Position numbers and translations under genes: made by a program. 64,000 nucleotides of DNA from Escherichia coli (GTDB lineage Bacteria > Pseudomonadota > Gammaproteobacteria > Enterobacterales > Enterobacteriaceae), in the NCBI RefSeq assembly GCF_030013205.1, contig NZ_CP122648.1; one strand, written 5' to 3'. The notes under the pieces were generated by a model. It was not told the DNA's origin. It did no database searches and was given only the letters and a program-made list of their open reading frames with translations. Numbering within the stretch: position 1 is the stretch's first letter; each line of letters opens with the position of its first letter. This document shows positions 23,400 through 34,038 of the stretch, piece by piece.

Positions 23400-24776
23400 T
23401 TATTTCCGACGCAGCGTTTTAAATGCCACAAACAGGAATACAATCCACACCGGCAGCAGGATCGCTGACAAGCGCATATCATCCATCGTGCACATCAGCA
23501 GCAAAATCATGCCGAGGAAGGCAATACAAAGATAGTTGCCGAACGGATAAAGCAGCGCCTTAAACTGTGTTTCACGTCCCTGACGTCGCATCGCCGCGCG
23601 AAAACGCAGATGCGCCAGGCAGATCATAATCCAGTTCAACAGCAGCGTTGCTACCACCAGCGCCATCAGCAGACCAAACGCTTTTTGCGGCAGCAGATAG
23701 TTGATTAACACCACCAGCGAAGTGATCGCTCCGGAAAGCATCAGCGAGTTAATCGGCACGCCGCGACGGCTGACGCGAGTCAAAAACTTCGGCGCATTAC
23801 CCTGCACAGAAAGGCCAAACAGCATGCGGCTGTTAGAGTAAACCCCGCTGTTATACACTGACAGCGATGCTACCAGAATGACGAAGTTCAGCGCAGAAGC
23901 TACCACGTTGCTGTCGAGATTATGGAAAATCATCACAAACGGGCTACTGTTGGATTTCACTTCCACCCACGGATAGAGCGCCAGTAAAACTACCAGTGAA
24001 CCGATATAAAACAGCAGGATGCGATACACTACCTGATTTACCGCTTTCGGAATGCTTTTTTCCGGATCGCGCGCTTCAGCGGCAGTAATCCCAATCAGCT
24101 CCAGACCGCCGAAGGAGAACATAATCACCGCCAGCGACAAAATCAGCCCATTCCAGCCGGTGGCAAAGAAACCACCGTAGCGCCAGAGGTTGTCGATACT
24201 GGCTTTCTCGCCGCCGTGCCCAGAAAACAGCAGCCACAGGCCAAAGCCGATCATACCGATGATCGCCAGCACTTTAATCAGCGCAAACCAGAATTCGGTT
24301 TCGCCATATAAGCGCACGTTTACCAGGTTAACGGCGTTGATGATAATAAAGAAGGCGGCAGCCCAAATCCACGTTGGAACATCCGGGAACCAGTACTGCA
24401 TATAGATGCCCGCAGCGGTCAGCTCTGCCATTCCCACCAGCACGAACATCACCCAGTAGTTCCAGCCGGAGAGGAACCCGGCGAACGGTCCCCAGTATTT
24501 ATAGGCAAAGTGGGCAAATGAACCGGATACCGGCTCTTCGACCACCATCTCGCCGAGCTGGCGCATAATCAGGAAAGCGATGATCCCGGCGACGCCGTAG
24601 CCCAGTAATACAGCCGGACCCGCCATCTGAATCGCCGGGCCAATGCCAAGAAACAGACCAGTACCAATTGCGCCACCCAGCGCAATCAGTTGAATATGAC
24701 GGTTATGTAATCCGCGATGAAGCGTCGGCTCTTGATTCGACGCAGTATCTTCCGATACGGTTGACGCGTTTTTCAC
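23400..24776 (-). CDS. pheP: phenylalanine-specific permease PheP
   Basis: ORF 23400..24812; GTG start chosen at V-KNASTVSEDTASNQEPTLHRGLHNRHIQ (458 aa); APC-family transporter. Confidence 0.93.
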   Translation of the reverse strand: MKNASTVSEDTASNQEPTLHRGLHNRHIQLIALGGAIGTGLFLGIGPAIQMAGPAVLLGYGVAGIIAFLIMRQLGEMVVEEPVSGSFAHFAYKYWGPFAGFLSGWNYWVMFVLVGMAELTAAGIYMQYWFPDVPTWIWAAAFFIIINAVNLVNVRLYGETEFWFALIKVLAIIGMIGFGLWLLFSGHGGEKASIDNLWRYGGFFATGWNGLILSLAVIMFSFGGLELIGITAAEARDPEKSIPKAVNQVVYRILLFYIGSLVVLLALYPWVEVKSNSSPFVMIFHNLDSNVVASALNFVILVASLSVYNSGVYSNSRMLFGLSVQGNAPKFLTRVSRRGVPINSLMLSGAITSLVVLINYLLPQKAFGLLMALVVATLLLNWIMICLAHLRFRAAMRRQGRETQFKALLYPFGNYLCIAFLGMILLLMCTMDDMRLSAILLPVWIVFLFVAFKTLRRK

Positions 24777-24877
24777 GCCTTTCCCCTGTGTGTCTTTTTT
24801 GTTGAGGGGCACCTTTTAACATTTAGTGCCCATCGTCGCAAGACACAATCCACACGGTTAAACCGGGTATCCTGCTT

Positions 24878-27800
24878 TTATTTCCGTACCCGATGTCGGT
24901 GTAGCCACATCAGCTTATACGCCGCCGGGATAATAAACAGCGACAGCAAAGGCGCGGTGATCATGCCGCCAATCATCGGCGCGGCAATCCGGCTCATCAC
25001 CTCTGATCCTGCCCCCGTTCCCCACAGAATCGGCAGCAGACCAGCGATAATCACCGCCACCGTCATCGCTTTCGGGCGCACGCGCAGTACCGCGCCGTGA
25101 TACAACGCCTCATCCAGCTTCTGCTCGCTGAATGTTTGCGGATTATTCAACGACGGCTCGGCCTCTATGGCGTGACGTAAATACATCAGCATCACCACGC
25201 CAAATTCGGCGGCAACCCCGGCAAGGGCAATAAAACCGGTGCCCGTCGCCACAGAAAGATGAAAGCCCATCCACCACAGCAACCAGATGCCGCCCACCAG
25301 CGCAAACGGTACGCTGCTGATAATCAGCAACGCTTCGCCCACCCGACGGAACGCCAGATACAACAGCACGAAGATGATCATCAACGTCATCGGCACCATG
25401 AGTTTCAGCTTATGGTTGGCGCGCTCCAGTAGCTCGAACTGCCCGGAGAATGCCACGCTGGTGCCCGGTTTTAACTGCACTTTTTCGGCAATCGCTTTTT
25501 GCAGATCGTGAACCACCGACACCATGTCACGATCGCGGGCATCGATATAAATCCAGCTCGTCGGGCGCGCATTCTCGGTTTTCAGCATCGACGGTCCGGT
25601 AGAGACTTTAACGTCGGCCACGTCTGCTAGGGTGATTTGCTGCTTCATCGGCGTCAGGATCGGCAACTGGCGCAGCGCCTGCGGACTATCGCGCCAGCTT
25701 TGCGGATAACGCAGATTAATTGGATAACGGGCAATCCCTTCCACCGTTTCGCCAACCATCGCCCCGCCCACCGCAGAAGTCACAAACAATTGCACATCCG
25801 CCACCGTCATACCGTAACGCGCGGCTTTTTCACGGTTAATCTCAACGTTGATATAGCGCCCACCTTCCAGACGCTCAGCAAGCGCAGAAGCCACGCCTGG
25901 CACCGTTCGCGCCACTTCTTCAATTTGCTCCGCCATCGCGTCGATATCCGCCAGCACAGTGCCGGAAACTTTAATGCCGATGGGGCTTTTAATGCCGGTT
26001 GAGAGCATATCGATACGGTTACGAATTGGCGGCACCCACAGATTCGCCAGCCCCGGCAGACGCACGGTGTTATCCAGTTCCTCAATGATTTTGTCCATCG
26101 TCATGCCTGGCCGCCACTGATCCTGCGGCTTAAGCTGGATGGTCGTTTCTACCATCTCCAGCGGAGCAGAATCGGTGGCGGTTTCCGCTTTCCCGGTTTT
26201 GCCAAATACCCGCGCCACTTCAGGTACGCTCATAATCAGCTTGTCGGTTTTTTGCAGCATACTCGCCGCCTCTGCTGCGGAAATCCCCGGCAGCGTCGAT
26301 GGCATATACAACAAGTCGCCTTCATTGATCTGCGGTAAAAATTCCCCGCCAACTTTATTGAGCGGCCAGAGAACCGTCAGCACCGAAAGCGCCGCCACCA
26401 GCAGCGTGGTTTTCGGCCAGTGCAGTACTTTCAGCAACAGCGGATGATAAACACGAATCAAAAAGCGATTGAGCGGGTTACTGCTTTCCGGCGGAATTTT
26501 GCCACGGATCCAGTAACCCATCAGGATAGGGATCACTACGATCGCCAGCAGCGCCGCACCCGCCATCGCATACGTTTTGGTGAACGCCAGCGGGCCAAAC
26601 AGACGCCCTTCCTGCCCTTCCAGGGTGAAGATCGGGATAAACGACAACGTGATAATCAGCAGACTGATAAACAGCGCCGGCCCCACTTCAACAGATGCAT
26701 CGGTGATCACCTGCCAGCGCGTTTTATTATCCAGCGTGGCGTCAGGATGCTGGTGCTGCCACTCTTCCAGCCGTTTATGTGCATTCTCGATCATGACGAT
26801 AGCGGCATCGACCATCGCCCCGACGGCAATCGCAATACCGCCCAGCGACATAATATTGGCGTTCAGTCCCTGAAAGTGCATGACAATAAAAGCAATACAC
26901 AACCCCAGCGGCAACGAAATAATCGCCACCAGCGCCGAGCGCACATGCCAGAGAAACAGCGCACAGACTACCGCCACCACAATAAACTCTTCCAGCAACT
27001 TGCCGCTGAGGTTGTCGATGGCGCGGTCAATGAGCTGGCTGCGATCGTATGTTGTAACTATCTCCACGCCTTCCGGCAGACTGCTTTTCAGCGTTTCCAG
27101 TTTGTCTTTCACGGCGGCGATCACTTCTCGGGCGTTTTTGCCGGAGCGCAGGATCACCACCCCGCCCGCCACTTCGCCTTCGCCGTTCAGTTCGGCAATG
27201 CCCCGGCGCATCTCCGGGCCAATCTGGACCTTCGCAACATCGCGCAGATAAACGGGCACGCCATTTTCACTGGCTTTTAAAACGATGTGATTAAAGTCGT
27301 CGAGCGTTTGCAGATAGCCGCTGGCGCGCACCATATATTCCGCTTCCGCCAGTTCGATCGACGAACCGCCCGCTTCCTGGTTTGAAGCATCCAGCGCGCT
27401 TTTTACTTCGGCGAGACTGATGCCATATTGCGCCAGGCGCTGGGGATCGATAACCACCTGATACTCTTTCACCACACCGCCCACCGACGCCACTTCCGCA
27501 ACGTCAGGGATGGTTTTTAGCTCATATTTGAGAAACCAGTCCTGCAATGAGCGTAAATCGGCCAGATCGTGCTTACCGCTGCGATCCACCAGTGCATATT
27601 CATAGATCCAGCCAACACCCGTGGCATCTGGCCCCAGCTCAGCGCTGACTCCCGCAGGCAGCTTACCCTGTACCTGGTTGAGGTACTCCAGCACCCGCGA
27701 GCGCGCCCAGTATGGATCGGTGCCATCTTCGAAAATGACATACACATAAGAGTCGCCAAACTGCGAGAAACCGCGCACAGTCTTCGCGCCAGGCACCGAC

Positions 27801-28021
27801 AACATAGTGGTGGTTAGCGGATAAGTCACCTGATTTTCAACGATTTGCGGTGCCTGACCGGGATAGCTGGTTTTAATAATCACCTGCACATCAGAGAGAT
27901 CCGGCAGTGCATCCACTGGCGTGTTAATGATGGTCCAGGTGCCCCAGATACTCAGAAACAACGCGCCCATCAGCACCAGAAAACGGTTCGCCACCGAGCG
28001 ACGAATAATCCATTCAATCAT
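24878..28021 (-). CDS. cusA: Cu(I)/Ag(I) efflux RND pump CusA
   Basis: 1047-aa [32 protein letters not shown]…. Confidence 0.96.
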   Translation of the reverse strand: MIEWIIRRSVANRFLVLMGALFLSIWGTWTIINTPVDALPDLSDVQVIIKTSYPGQAPQIVENQVTYPLTTTMLSVPGAKTVRGFSQFGDSYVYVIFEDGTDPYWARSRVLEYLNQVQGKLPAGVSAELGPDATGVGWIYEYALVDRSGKHDLADLRSLQDWFLKYELKTIPDVAEVASVGGVVKEYQVVIDPQRLAQYGISLAEVKSALDASNQEAGGSSIELAEAEYMVRASGYLQTLDDFNHIVLKASENGVPVYLRDVAKVQIGPEMRRGIAELNGEGEVAGGVVILRSGKNAREVIAAVKDKLETLKSSLPEGVEIVTTYDRSQLIDRAIDNLSGKLLEEFIVVAVVCALFLWHVRSALVAIISLPLGLCIAFIVMHFQGLNANIMSLGGIAIAVGAMVDAAIVMIENAHKRLEEWQHQHPDATLDNKTRWQVITDASVEVGPALFISLLIITLSFIPIFTLEGQEGRLFGPLAFTKTYAMAGAALLAIVVIPILMGYWIRGKIPPESSNPLNRFLIRVYHPLLLKVLHWPKTTLLVAALSVLTVLWPLNKVGGEFLPQINEGDLLYMPSTLPGISAAEAASMLQKTDKLIMSVPEVARVFGKTGKAETATDSAPLEMVETTIQLKPQDQWRPGMTMDKIIEELDNTVRLPGLANLWVPPIRNRIDMLSTGIKSPIGIKVSGTVLADIDAMAEQIEEVARTVPGVASALAERLEGGRYINVEINREKAARYGMTVADVQLFVTSAVGGAMVGETVEGIARYPINLRYPQSWRDSPQALRQLPILTPMKQQITLADVADVKVSTGPSMLKTENARPTSWIYIDARDRDMVSVVHDLQKAIAEKVQLKPGTSVAFSGQFELLERANHKLKLMVPMTLMIIFVLLYLAFRRVGEALLIISSVPFALVGGIWLLWWMGFHLSVATGTGFIALAGVAAEFGVVMLMYLRHAIEAEPSLNNPQTFSEQKLDEALYHGAVLRVRPKAMTVAVIIAGLLPILWGTGAGSEVMSRIAAPMIGGMITAPLLSLFIIPAAYKLMWLHRHRVRK

Positions 28022-28032
28022 TGGTTATTCCC

Positions 28033-29256
28033 TCAATGCGCATGGGTAGCACTTTCAGAGCGCATCCGCTCCAGTGCGCCAGAAATATTGGCTTCGGAAT
28101 CAATCAGGAACAGGCCGCTGGAAACCACCTTTTCACCTTCCGCCAGACCAGAGCGTAATGCGGTGACGCCTTGCGATGCCTGGAAAACGGCAACGCGTTT
28201 CGGTACAAAGCGCCCGTCGGCATCAACGGTAATCACCCGCTGTTCGCTGCCGGTATCAATCAGCGCTTGTGACGGAATGAGCAGCATCGGTTCGCTGGCG
28301 GTGTTGAGTTGCAACCAGGCGTTCATTCCCGGCTTTAGCGCCTCGTCGGTGTTGTCGACTTCCAGGCGCAGCTGCAGCGTGCGGGTTGCGGCATCCACGC
28401 CGGGTAGCAGCGTCCATTTGCGGATGGTGAGTGTTTTATCAGGTCGTGCCGGAACGGTGAGCGTAAACTGCGAGGCATCTTTCACCAGCCAGGCGATGGA
28501 CTCCGGGATCGCGGCAGTGATCCACACCGGATCCATACCCTGAATTTTCGCGACCACGTTATCTTTGGCGATATTCATTCCCGCGCGCAGATCAAACGCG
28601 GTGATCACGCCATCAATGGGCGCTTTGAGCGTAAAGCGAGTCTGGATTTTTTGCGTGGCGATCAGGCGGCGAATATCCGCCTCCGGCATTCCCGCCAGTC
28701 TCAGCCGCTCAAGAATGCCTTCAGTCTGGGTCGCCGTACCGCCAGTTTCGCGCAGCAGTAAATACTCACTCTGCGCTTCCACCCAGTCGGGAATGGTCAG
28801 GTCGAGAAGCGGCGCGCCCTTTTGTACTTTATCGCCCACGGTAAGCGGATACACCTTGTCGATAAACCCGGCGGCGCGGGCCTGCACAATGGCATACTGA
28901 TACTCGTTGTAACTGACATTCGCCGGGAAACTTTGGGCAAAAGTCAGCGGCCCGCGCGTGACGGTCGCCGTTTTCACCCCCAGATTCTGCGTCTGAGTCG
29001 GGTCAATGCGCACACCAGACGCAGAACTCTCTTCATCGGCATATTTCGGCACCAGATCCATATCCATAAACGGCGATTTACCTGGTTTATCGAACCGCGT
29101 ATTGGGATACATCGGGTCGTACCAGAATAAGATTTTACGTTCTGCGGTCGACGTTTTTTCTGCGGGCGGTTCCGCCTTTGCAAACCAGGTAAAACCTGCC
29201 GCAGAAATAATACCGCCCGCGATCATGCTGCCGATAATAAGCGCGATTTTTTTCAT
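28033..29256 (-). CDS. cusB: Cu(I)/Ag(I) efflux membrane fusion protein CusB
   Basis: 407-aa ORF MKKIALIIGSMIAGGIISAAGFTWF…. Confidence 0.95.
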   Translation of the reverse strand: MKKIALIIGSMIAGGIISAAGFTWFAKAEPPAEKTSTAERKILFWYDPMYPNTRFDKPGKSPFMDMDLVPKYADEESSASGVRIDPTQTQNLGVKTATVTRGPLTFAQSFPANVSYNEYQYAIVQARAAGFIDKVYPLTVGDKVQKGAPLLDLTIPDWVEAQSEYLLLRETGGTATQTEGILERLRLAGMPEADIRRLIATQKIQTRFTLKAPIDGVITAFDLRAGMNIAKDNVVAKIQGMDPVWITAAIPESIAWLVKDASQFTLTVPARPDKTLTIRKWTLLPGVDAATRTLQLRLEVDNTDEALKPGMNAWLQLNTASEPMLLIPSQALIDTGSEQRVITVDADGRFVPKRVAVFQASQGVTALRSGLAEGEKVVSSGLFLIDSEANISGALERMRSESATHAH

Positions 29257-29271
29257 CTCATTAAACCTGGG

Positions 29272-29604
29272 TTACTGGCTGACTTTAATATCCTGTAATA
29301 AAGAAAGGTTGCCCTGCTGGACAAAATTAAACGCCACTTTGTCGCCGGTTTTTATTTCGCCCATCTTCGTCTGCGGGGTGATGGTAAAGCGCATGGTCAT
29401 CTCCGGCCAGTTCACGGCAGCAATCGGATCGTGATGGATAGTGATTTTTTTGCTTTCCAGATCAATACCTTTTACCACCCCTGTGGCACTAATGACCTGC
29501 GGTTGTGCTTCGCTCATGGTTTCATGATGATGTTCGTTAGCCTGGGCATTAAAGCCAATAACGGTAAACAGACTGAACATTGCGACTTGCAGTGCTTTTT
29601 TCAT
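29272..29604 (-). CDS. cusF: periplasmic copper chaperone CusF
   Basis: 110-aa ORF with signal peptide and NEHHHETM / MTMRF region. Confidence 0.95.
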   Translation of the reverse strand: MKKALQVAMFSLFTVIGFNAQANEHHHETMSEAQPQVISATGVVKGIDLESKKITIHHDPIAAVNWPEMTMRFTITPQTKMGEIKTGDKVAFNFVQQGNLSLLQDIKVSQ

Positions 29605-29627
29605 TTATTCTCTCCTGGAGTTAAAAA

Positions 29628-31010
29628 TTATTGCTGCCAACCGCCACCAAGTGCGGTATATAAAGAAATTTCGTTAACCTGACGGGCATAATTCAGGTCA
29701 AGTAAAGTTTGTCGGGTTGCAAATAAAGAACGTTCGGCATCCAGCACTTCCAGATAACTGACTGCGCCGTGCTGATATAATGCCCGCGCCCGTTGCAAAG
29801 TAATTTGCAGCGATGCCAGATAACGCTGCTGGGCGCTAATTTGATCGTTCAGGCTTTGACGTAATGCCAGCGCATCTGCCACTTCTTTAAAGGCATTCTG
29901 GATTTTCTGTTCATAATTCACCACCGACTGCTGCTGGCGAATTTCGGCGATATCCAGATTGGCCTGGTTGCGTCCGGCATTAAAAATGGGGATCTCAATT
30001 TTGGGAATAAAATTCCACATCCCGCTGCTGGCGTTAAATAAGGACGACAGATCGCTGCTGGCGGTCGATATTCCGCTGGTCAGACTGATAGACGGGAAAA
30101 ATGCCGCGCGTGCAGCGCCAATATTGGCATTAGCCGCCATCAACGCGTGTTCAGCTTCCATAATATCCGGGCGCTGCAATAAGATTTGCGACGACAAGCC
30201 CGCCGGTAATTTAACGCTTTGCAGGCTGTCGCTGTTTACTGTTTGCGCTTGCGGCAGCTTGCCGTAGCTTCCCAGCAACAGTTGCAATGCATTATTCGCC
30301 TGCGCCAGTTCCCCCTGACGTTTAGCGATGTCGCTGCGGGTACTTTCTATCACCCCGCGAGCCTGTTCCAGCGCCAGAACATTGCTGCTACCGGTCAACA
30401 GTTGTTTTTCGACAAACGCATATGACTGCTGATAATTACGCAGCGTTTCTTCGGCTATTTGCAATTGCGCATACGCCAGTTGCTGATTGAAATAGCTTTG
30501 CGCGACATTAGAAACCAGCAGAATATGCACCGCGCGCTGGGCTTCCTCAGTGGCTAAATAATTTTGGCGCTCGGCTTCGCTCATGTTCTTTAAGCGACCG
30601 AAAAAATCGAGATCAAAGCTGGCGTTAAGGCCGGTCGAAAACTCCCGTGTCGTGGCGGTATTCCCTTTAAGATTACCGCTCCAGCTGCCGCTGCCCTCGC
30701 CATTGAGCTGTGGGTAGCGGTCGGCATCGGTCAGACGATATTGCGCCCGTGCCTCCTGCACTTTCAGCGTCGCCATGCGCAAATCCCGGTTATTCACCAG
30801 CGCCTCGCTAATCAGCGTCTTCACCTGATTATCAATAAAAAAGGTGCGCCAGCCCGCGTTCTGGTAGTTATCTGCTGCGTTAACCAGGCCGTTCTGGCTG
30901 AGTGAGAACTGCTTCGGTACGGGCATTGCCGGACGCTGATAATCCGGTGCCAATGAACAACCGGTTAGCGCAAGGGCCACACAAAATGGCAGAAGTTTAC
31001 AAGGAGACAT
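29628..31010 (-). CDS. cusC: Cu(I)/Ag(I) efflux outer membrane factor CusC (lipoprotein)
   Basis: ORF 29628..31016; start chosen at MSPCKLLPFCVALALTGCSLAPDYQRP (lipobox LTGC). Confidence 0.93.
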   Translation of the reverse strand: MSPCKLLPFCVALALTGCSLAPDYQRPAMPVPKQFSLSQNGLVNAADNYQNAGWRTFFIDNQVKTLISEALVNNRDLRMATLKVQEARAQYRLTDADRYPQLNGEGSGSWSGNLKGNTATTREFSTGLNASFDLDFFGRLKNMSEAERQNYLATEEAQRAVHILLVSNVAQSYFNQQLAYAQLQIAEETLRNYQQSYAFVEKQLLTGSSNVLALEQARGVIESTRSDIAKRQGELAQANNALQLLLGSYGKLPQAQTVNSDSLQSVKLPAGLSSQILLQRPDIMEAEHALMAANANIGAARAAFFPSISLTSGISTASSDLSSLFNASSGMWNFIPKIEIPIFNAGRNQANLDIAEIRQQQSVVNYEQKIQNAFKEVADALALRQSLNDQISAQQRYLASLQITLQRARALYQHGAVSYLEVLDAERSLFATRQTLLDLNYARQVNEISLYTALGGGWQQ

Positions 31011-31079
31011 AGGCACATAATTTCTGGTGATTTTATGCCGCCAACTTTACCCGCCAGGCTCTGATTTTCCGGTGACAGG

Positions 31080-31101
31080 AAAATGACAAAATTGTCATTT
31101 T
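31080..31101. promoter_or_regulatory. CusR box (copper box) in the divergent cusC / cusR promoter region
   Basis: Perfect palindrome aaaatgacaaaattgtcatttt between the divergent cus operons. Confidence 0.8.
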
Positions 31102-31166
31102 ACCAATAAGCGATTGCCATCTGATCCCGCTACTCTAGAATTGCCCGGGCAACATGTGGAGGAAAT

Positions 31167-31850
31167 ATGAAACTGTTGATTGTCGAAGATGAAAAGAAAA
31201 CCGGAGAATACTTGACCAAAGGGTTAACCGAAGCCGGTTTTGTGGTCGATTTGGCCGACAACGGGCTGAATGGCTACCATCTGGCGATGACCGGAGATTA
31301 TGATCTGATAATCCTCGATATTATGCTGCCGGACGTGAACGGCTGGGATATCGTGCGCATGTTGCGTTCCGCCAATAAAGGGATGCCGATTCTGTTGCTT
31401 ACCGCGCTTGGTACCATTGAACATCGCGTCAAGGGGCTGGAGTTGGGGGCGGATGACTATCTGGTGAAGCCGTTCGCTTTTGCTGAACTGCTGGCGCGGG
31501 TGCGCACTCTACTGCGGCGCGGGGCGGCGGTAATTATCGAAAGTCAGTTTCAGGTTGCCGATCTGATGGTCGATCTCGTCAGCCGCAAAGTCACCCGCAG
31601 CGGCACGCGCATCACTCTGACCAGTAAAGAATTTACTCTGCTGGAGTTTTTCCTCCGCCATCAAGGCGAAGTGCTGCCCCGCTCGCTTATCGCCTCGCAG
31701 GTGTGGGACATGAATTTCGACAGCGATACCAACGCCATTGATGTGGCAGTGAAGCGGCTGCGCGGCAAAATCGACAACGACTTTGAGCCGAAGCTGATTC
31801 AAACCGTGCGCGGCGTGGGTTACATGCTTGAGGTGCCGGATGGTCAGTAA
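31167..31850 (+). CDS. cusR: copper-responsive response regulator CusR (OmpR family)
   Basis: 227-aa [36 protein letters not shown]…. Confidence 0.96.
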
Positions 31851-33288
31851 GCCATTTCAGCGCCCGTTTTCGCTGGCAACCCGCCTGACCTTTTTTATCA
31901 GCCTGGCCACCATCGCGGCGTTTTTCGCCTTTGCCTGGATCATGATTCACTCGGTAAAAGTGCATTTTGCTGAGCAGGATATTAATGATTTAAAAGAGAT
32001 TAGCGCCACACTCAAGCGCGTTCTTAATCATCCCGAAGAGACACAAGCCCGACGCTTAATGACGCTGGAAGATATCGTCAGTGGTTATTCCAATGTGTTG
32101 ATTTCCCTGGCAGATAGCCAGGGTAAAACGGTGTATCACTCCCCCGGTGCGCCGGATATCCGCGAGTTTACGCGTGACGCCATACCCGATAAAGACACGC
32201 GGGGCGGCGAGGTGTATCTCCTTTCCGGCCCGACGATTATGATGCCGGGCCACGGTCACGGGCATATGGAACACAGCAACTGGCGGATGATTAACTTGCC
32301 GGTTGGCCCGTTGGTGGACGGCAAACCGATTTATACGCTCTACATCGCGCTTTCGATCGATTTTCATCTTCATTACATAAATGATTTGATGAATAAACTT
32401 ATTATGACCGCATCGATCATCAGCATCCTGATCGTCTTTATCGTGCTGTTGGCGGTACATAAAGGTCACGCACCGATCCGCAGCGTCAGCCGTCAAATCC
32501 AGAACATTACCTCGAAAGATCTCGACGTTCGCCTTGACCCGCAGACCGTGCCGATTGAGCTGGAACAGCTGGTACTGTCGTTCAACCATATGATCGAGCG
32601 TATTGAGGATGTCTTTACTCGCCAGTCCAATTTCTCAGCGGATATCGCTCACGAAATTCGTACACCAATTACGAATCTCATAACGCAAACCGAAATCGCC
32701 CTCAGCCAGTCACGCAGCCAGAAGGAGCTGGAAGATGTGCTCTACTCTAATCTCGAAGAGCTGACGCGAATGGCGAAAATGGTCAGCGATATGCTGTTTC
32801 TCGCCCAGGCCGATAACAACCAGCTAATCCCCGAAAAGAAAATGCTCAACCTGGCGGATGAAATCGGCAAAGTGTTCGATTTTTTCGAGGCGCTAGCGGA
32901 AGATCGCGGCGTGGAACTGCGGTTTGTTGGTGACGAGTGTCAGGTTGCGGGCGATCCGCTGATGCTGCGTCGGGCGTTAAGCAACCTGCTTTCGAACGCC
33001 CTGCGTTATACGCCGCCCGGAGAGGCGATTGTAGTGCGCTGCCAGACGGTCGATCACCAGGTGCAAGTTTCCGTCGAAAACCCCGGTACGCCCATTGCGC
33101 CCGAGCACTTACCGCGATTGTTTGACCGTTTCTACCGCGTTGACCCCTCCCGCCAGCGAAAAGGCGAAGGTAGCGGTATTGGGCTGGCGATAGTGAAATC
33201 GATTGTTGTCGCGCATAAAGGCACGGTTGCAGTAACGTCAGATGCTCGGGGGACAAGGTTTGTGATTATGCTGCCGGAGAGAGAGTGA
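31840..33288 (+). CDS. cusS: copper-sensing histidine kinase CusS
   Basis: Start chosen at [19 protein letters not shown] inside ORF 31828..33288, overlapping the cusR stop; HisKA/HATPase motifs. Confidence 0.93.
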
Positions 33289-33644
33289 TTATTAAGTTCA
33301 AATTCAGGGCGTGGTGCATCACCTCCTGGTATTGTTGATCAACAAATTAGAGAAAAACTTATTAAACATATGAAATATCGAAGGCTTTTATTTTTCAAAG
33401 TTTCACGAGATGTTTGTATATGAAACTTAGTTAAATCTGTGTTTCTTCCAATTGTAGATCACAATGCCCTTTCTAAATTTTCATCGTTATAAACAAGCCA
33501 TCTATCATATAAAGCAATGAATAATTTAATCGCGATTAATCATCATTAATTGTTATATTATTCACTCAATCTATTTATCAAGTGAATTTGATAAATTCCT
33601 AATTTAAAATATCCACTATTGAGCCAGTATTTAACAACGTTAAG

Positions 33645-33672
33645 ATGTGCAATGTGCAATGTGCAATGTGCA
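33645..33672. repeat. tandem heptanucleotide repeat (ATGTGCA)x4
   Basis: atgtgcaatgtgcaatgtgcaatgtgca read directly in the AT-rich region upstream of vgrG. Confidence 0.9.
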
Positions 33673-34038
33673 GATCATGTTATCAGGGTGGAGCGGTAGC
33701 ATATATTTCTTATGCAATCATTCATTTTAATAATGTTAATTGGATTATTTATTGCTGTGAATAAAAATATATTATGAATATTGGTTTAACTTTGCGTTTT
33801 TGTTACTCGTTGTGATATGCGTACCTGTCCTGAATAACGCCAAGAAACAAGAGGTTGAGCTTGTGATTATTTTTTTGACTGAACAGACACCCGTTTCTGT
33901 AAAGTAATATTTAAACAAAATTCTCACATAACCATAGCATTTTCTGTTCCTTCCCTAATAACGTCTGAAGTCGTCCCGCTTATCACATTATCCGCAGTTG
34001 TACGGTACGGATCATTATTCATTTTACTGGAGGTTGCT

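Noticed and set aside
26420-27280. 286-codon plus-strand ORF inside cusA (antisense), along with similar antisense ORFs inside entF (9777-10325), fepA (15202-15804) and nfrA (45513-46025)
   Set aside because: All lie wholly within well-supported genes on the opposite strand and have biased, low-complexity composition
33645-33672. CRISPR array
   Set aside because: The only short tandem repeat is a 7-nt microsatellite without spacers; no repeat-spacer architecture or cas genes are present anywhere in the window
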